DNA of 48,141 bases, from contig CAYTBM010000001.1 of NCBI GenBank assembly GCA_964436025.1, positions 8,619 through 56,759 on the forward strand, read 5' to 3'. Below, one piece after another: positions 45,830 to 48,141 of this stretch. The position numbers and the translations under genes were made by a program. This stretch comes from an uncultured Anaerolineaceae bacterium (GTDB lineage: Bacteria; Chloroflexota; Dehalococcoidia; Tepidiformales; Tepidiformaceae). How positions within the stretch are numbered: position 1 is the first letter of the stretch; each line of letters starts with the position of its first letter. Under the pieces are notes generated by a model, which made no database searches, was not told the DNA's origin, and worked only from the letters and a program-made list of their open reading frames with translations.

Positions 45830-46372
45830 GTGAAAGAGCTGAGCATCGAGAGCATCCGGCTCAGCCTGATGAACTATCAGCGGGTCGTGATTCTCCGTGA
45901 GAAGGACAGCGACCGTTACCTGCCGATCTGGATTGGCCCGGCCGAGGCAGACGCCATCGCGGTTCGGTTGCAGGATGTCGCGGTTGCGCGGCCGCTGACC
46001 CACGACCTCCTGCGCAATCTCATCGAGGAACTGGGCGGCCGCGTCGCCTACATCGTGGTGAACGACCTTTCGAACGACACGTTCTACGCGCGCATCGTTT
46101 TGGACGTTAATGGAGCGACGATGGAGATTGATTCGCGGCCCTCGGACGCGATCGCGCTGGCGGTACGAACGGAGGCGCCCATCTACGTCGAGGACTCGGT
46201 GCTGGACAGGGCTGGCGTGGTGCTCGAAGAAGAAGTGGAGCACGCGGAAGTAGGTAGCGGAGGTGCGGAGCGTGCCAAGCCGGTGGATCCCGCGGAGCTG
46301 GAGCGATTGGGCGCGTTTAAGGACTTCATTGAAGGTCTTGATTTGGACGACTTCGATACACGGAAGGGCTAA
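45830..46372 (+). CDS. Bifunctional nuclease family protein (DUF151/BFN)
   Basis: VVILREKDSDRYLPIWIGPAEADAIA...RPLTHDL...RPSDAIALAVR are signature stretches of the family. Confidence 0.85.
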   Translation: MKELSIESIRLSLMNYQRVVILREKDSDRYLPIWIGPAEADAIAVRLQDVAVARPLTHDLLRNLIEELGGRVAYIVVNDLSNDTFYARIVLDVNGATMEIDSRPSDAIALAVRTEAPIYVEDSVLDRAGVVLEEEVEHAEVGSGGAERAKPVDPAELERLGAFKDFIEGLDLDDFDTRKG

Positions 46373-46426
46373 CCGAAGCGTTTGACGGGGATCTCAGACA
46401 AGGGCTGGAAGTGGCCCGAATTTCGC

Positions 46427-46456
46427 TTGCGCATTCCGTCACAATCCACATATGAT
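46427..46456 (+). promoter_or_regulatory. Candidate sigma-70-type promoter for the atp operon
   Basis: TTGCGC (46427-46432), 18-nt spacer, TATGAT (46451-46456), about 40 nt upstream of the atpZ GTG. Sequence-only guess. Confidence 0.3.
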
Positions 46457-46494
46457 GCGCAGGGTCTGGAGTCCGGGCGCCCGGGGAGGCGTGC

Positions 46495-46728
46495 GTGAGC
46501 AGTTGGATCGTCCCTTCTGCCTCGCTGCTCGGCGCAGGGTGGTTCTTCGCCACCGCGCTCATCCTCGGAGTGGTCATCGGCCAGTGGGTCGATGGAAAAA
46601 CCGGTCTTGAGCCCACATTCACTTTGATAGGGATCTTCGTGGGGCTGGCTGTCGCGGCCGTCGGCGGTTATCGAATGCTGCTGCCGTTCATCCGCAAAAT
46701 CAGCTCCACGGACCCAGGACAGGGCTGA
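46495..46728 (+). CDS. AtpZ/AtpI family protein (ATP synthase protein I-like)
   Basis: 77 aa with two TM helices (LLGAGWFFATALILGVVIGQWVD; TFTLIGIFVGLAVAAVGGY), directly preceding atpB. GGGGAGG SD. Confidence 0.75.
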   Translation: MSSWIVPSASLLGAGWFFATALILGVVIGQWVDGKTGLEPTFTLIGIFVGLAVAAVGGYRMLLPFIRKISSTDPGQG

Positions 46729-48063
46729 GTGAAAGCTTTAACCATCGCCGGTGCAGTCGTCGGAGTGCTCGCATTCCTGGCGGTGGGCCTTTTCATCGCC
46801 CAGGGCCCGCAGCCCGAGATTATCGTCCCCGCCGAAAAGCTGACGGCAATTGGCCCGCTCAACATCACGAACACGCTCCTCACTTCCTGGGTGGTGATGG
46901 CGATCATCGTCATCATCGCCTGGCTGTGCACTCGGTCGATGAAACTGATCCCGAGCGGCGGGCAGAACTTTCTCGAGGCGGTTATCTCCTTCCTCGTAAA
47001 CCAGATTGAAGAGATCGCCGGCGAGAAGAACGGGCGCAAGTTCTTCATGGTGATCGCGACGATCTTCCTCTGGGTGATCATGAATAACTGGTTCGGCCTG
47101 CTGCCGTTCTTCAATGCGATCGGCAAGACCGAGGACGTGAACCACCACATCTTCGAGACGATCGCGGACCAGGAGAAGGACGGCGCTCCGTTCGAGAAGC
47201 GCGACAAGTTCGGCGCCTGGTTCATGGAAAACTCGAGCGGGATGACGATCGCGAAACCGCGTGCCAAGGCGACCGAGTTCGAAATCCAGGGTGGCGACAC
47301 CGCCGCGGTGGCGACTGACCGGTACATCGTCTTCCTCGCCGAAGAGTTCACCGACTTCGAGTCACACGCGGAGGACGAACTCGCCCCGCCGACGAAGGAA
47401 GAAGTGGAAGGAGCTCTCGCGGCACTCAACGCCGATCCGAAGGCCCCGAAGGTGCACCTGGCCGCAGCCGCCGGCGACCATGCCGCCGAGGACAGTCACG
47501 CCGAAGGTTCAGGCCACGAAGCCATCCCCAGCGCAACGGTTGGCGCGGTTGAGTCGATTGACTTCCCGGGGAAGAAGCTCGGACTCGTCATCCCGTTCTT
47601 CCGGGGGACGTTCAGCGACGTGAACAACACGCTCGCGATGGGCATCATCGCCTTCCTCTGCATCGAGTTCTGGGGTTTCCAGGCGCTCGGGCCGGGTTAC
47701 CTCAAGAAGTTCTTCAACCTCAACGGCATCATGTCGTTCGTCGGCATCCTGGAGCTGCTGTCGGAGTTCATCCGCATCATCAGCTTCTGCTTCCGCCTCT
47801 TCGGCAACATCTTTGCTGGTGAAGTGCTGGTGTTAATGCTGACGTTCCTCATGCCGTTCCTGTTCGTGGACGTGATTTACGGCCTCGAACTGTTCGTAGG
47901 CTTCATCCAGGCGTCGGTCTTTGCGCTGCTGACGCTGGTGTTCGCGGTGGGCGCGGTCGAGCACCACGGAGACGAAGAGCATCACGATGGGCACGAAGCG
48001 GGCGGAGCCGACGCCCACCACGAAGCGGAAGCGCACCAAACAGGGGCAGTCCAGGCCCATTGA
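46729..48063 (+). CDS. atpB: F0F1 ATP synthase subunit a, with large loop insertion and His-rich C-terminal tail
   Basis: PSGGQNFLE, NNWFGLLP, SDVNNTLAMG, and FRLFGNIFAGEV (essential Arg). At 444 aa it compares with about 230-290 aa typically. Confidence 0.9.
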   Translation: MKALTIAGAVVGVLAFLAVGLFIAQGPQPEIIVPAEKLTAIGPLNITNTLLTSWVVMAIIVIIAWLCTRSMKLIPSGGQNFLEAVISFLVNQIEEIAGEKNGRKFFMVIATIFLWVIMNNWFGLLPFFNAIGKTEDVNHHIFETIADQEKDGAPFEKRDKFGAWFMENSSGMTIAKPRAKATEFEIQGGDTAAVATDRYIVFLAEEFTDFESHAEDELAPPTKEEVEGALAALNADPKAPKVHLAAAAGDHAAEDSHAEGSGHEAIPSATVGAVESIDFPGKKLGLVIPFFRGTFSDVNNTLAMGIIAFLCIEFWGFQALGPGYLKKFFNLNGIMSFVGILELLSEFIRIISFCFRLFGNIFAGEVLVLMLTFLMPFLFVDVIYGLELFVGFIQASVFALLTLVFAVGAVEHHGDEEHHDGHEAGGADAHHEAEAHQTGAVQAH

Positions 48064-48126
48064 GGCCTGTTCGCAATCGACATTCGAAAACGCACCCCGG
48101 AAGGGTGCAACGGAGGCAACTGAGTC

Positions 48127-48141
48127 ATGGACCTTCTGAGC
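48127..48141 (+). CDS. atpE: Probable start of ATP synthase subunit c (5 codons only, cut by the window edge)
   Basis: ATG preceded by GGAGG at an appropriate spacing. Supported only by its position after atpB; MDLLS alone is not diagnostic. Confidence 0.35.

Overview
High-GC (about 65%) bacterial chromosomal window with dense coding on both strands. The phylum cannot be fixed from sequence alone; the gene content (DUF951, bifunctional-nuclease/DUF151, AtpZ, PyrR, many SDR/PNPOx-fold genes) fits a Chloroflexota- or Actinomycetota-like lineage. Content in order: (1) at the left edge, a tandem 338-nt module of tRNA plus a small GIY-YIG nuclease gene. One unit carries a perfect tRNA-Asn(GTT), the other a degenerate D-arm-less tRNA-like remnant. 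(2) A CoA-ester/lipid-type catabolic set: family III CoA-transferase, DinB-like protein, SDRs, SCP-x-type thiolase plus DUF35 OB-fold partner, HSL-family esterase, DJ-1/PfpI, acyl-CoA dehydrogenase, VOC. (3) A large GAF-PAS-GGDEF-EAL signalling protein. (4) A minus-strand pyrimidine operon, pyrR-pyrB-pyrC-carA-(GNAT)-(membrane protein)-carB-pyrK, with a recognisable PyrR-binding leader and attenuator hairpin. (5) Housekeeping and accessory genes: TetR, J-like protein, PNPOx-fold proteins, long DCD-type dCTP deaminase, ABC1/UbiB kinase, PduO-type adenosyltransferase. (6) The most unusual locus (about 30.5-36.2 kb): a tightly overlapping operon encoding a PqqD-family peptide-chaperone-like protein, an HPr-kinase-like P-loop protein, four tandem paralogous family-2 glycosyltransferases and a PF14907-like nucleotidyltransferase. 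It has no recognisable core RiPP enzyme, precursor, protease or exporter, and it ends 3 nt from a convergent tRNA-Leu(TAA). (7) Fur, an orphan CheW, an MBL hydrolase, a MoxR-DUF58-DUF4129 triad, ComB-like phosphatase, murI, pyrF, DUF951, MFS transporter and bifunctional nuclease. (8) The start of the F-ATPase operon (atpZ/I, then an atpB carrying an insertion of about 155 aa and a His-rich tail, then the first codons of atpE). Many long ORFs in the six-frame track are antisense or extension artefacts typical of high-GC DNA and are rejected.
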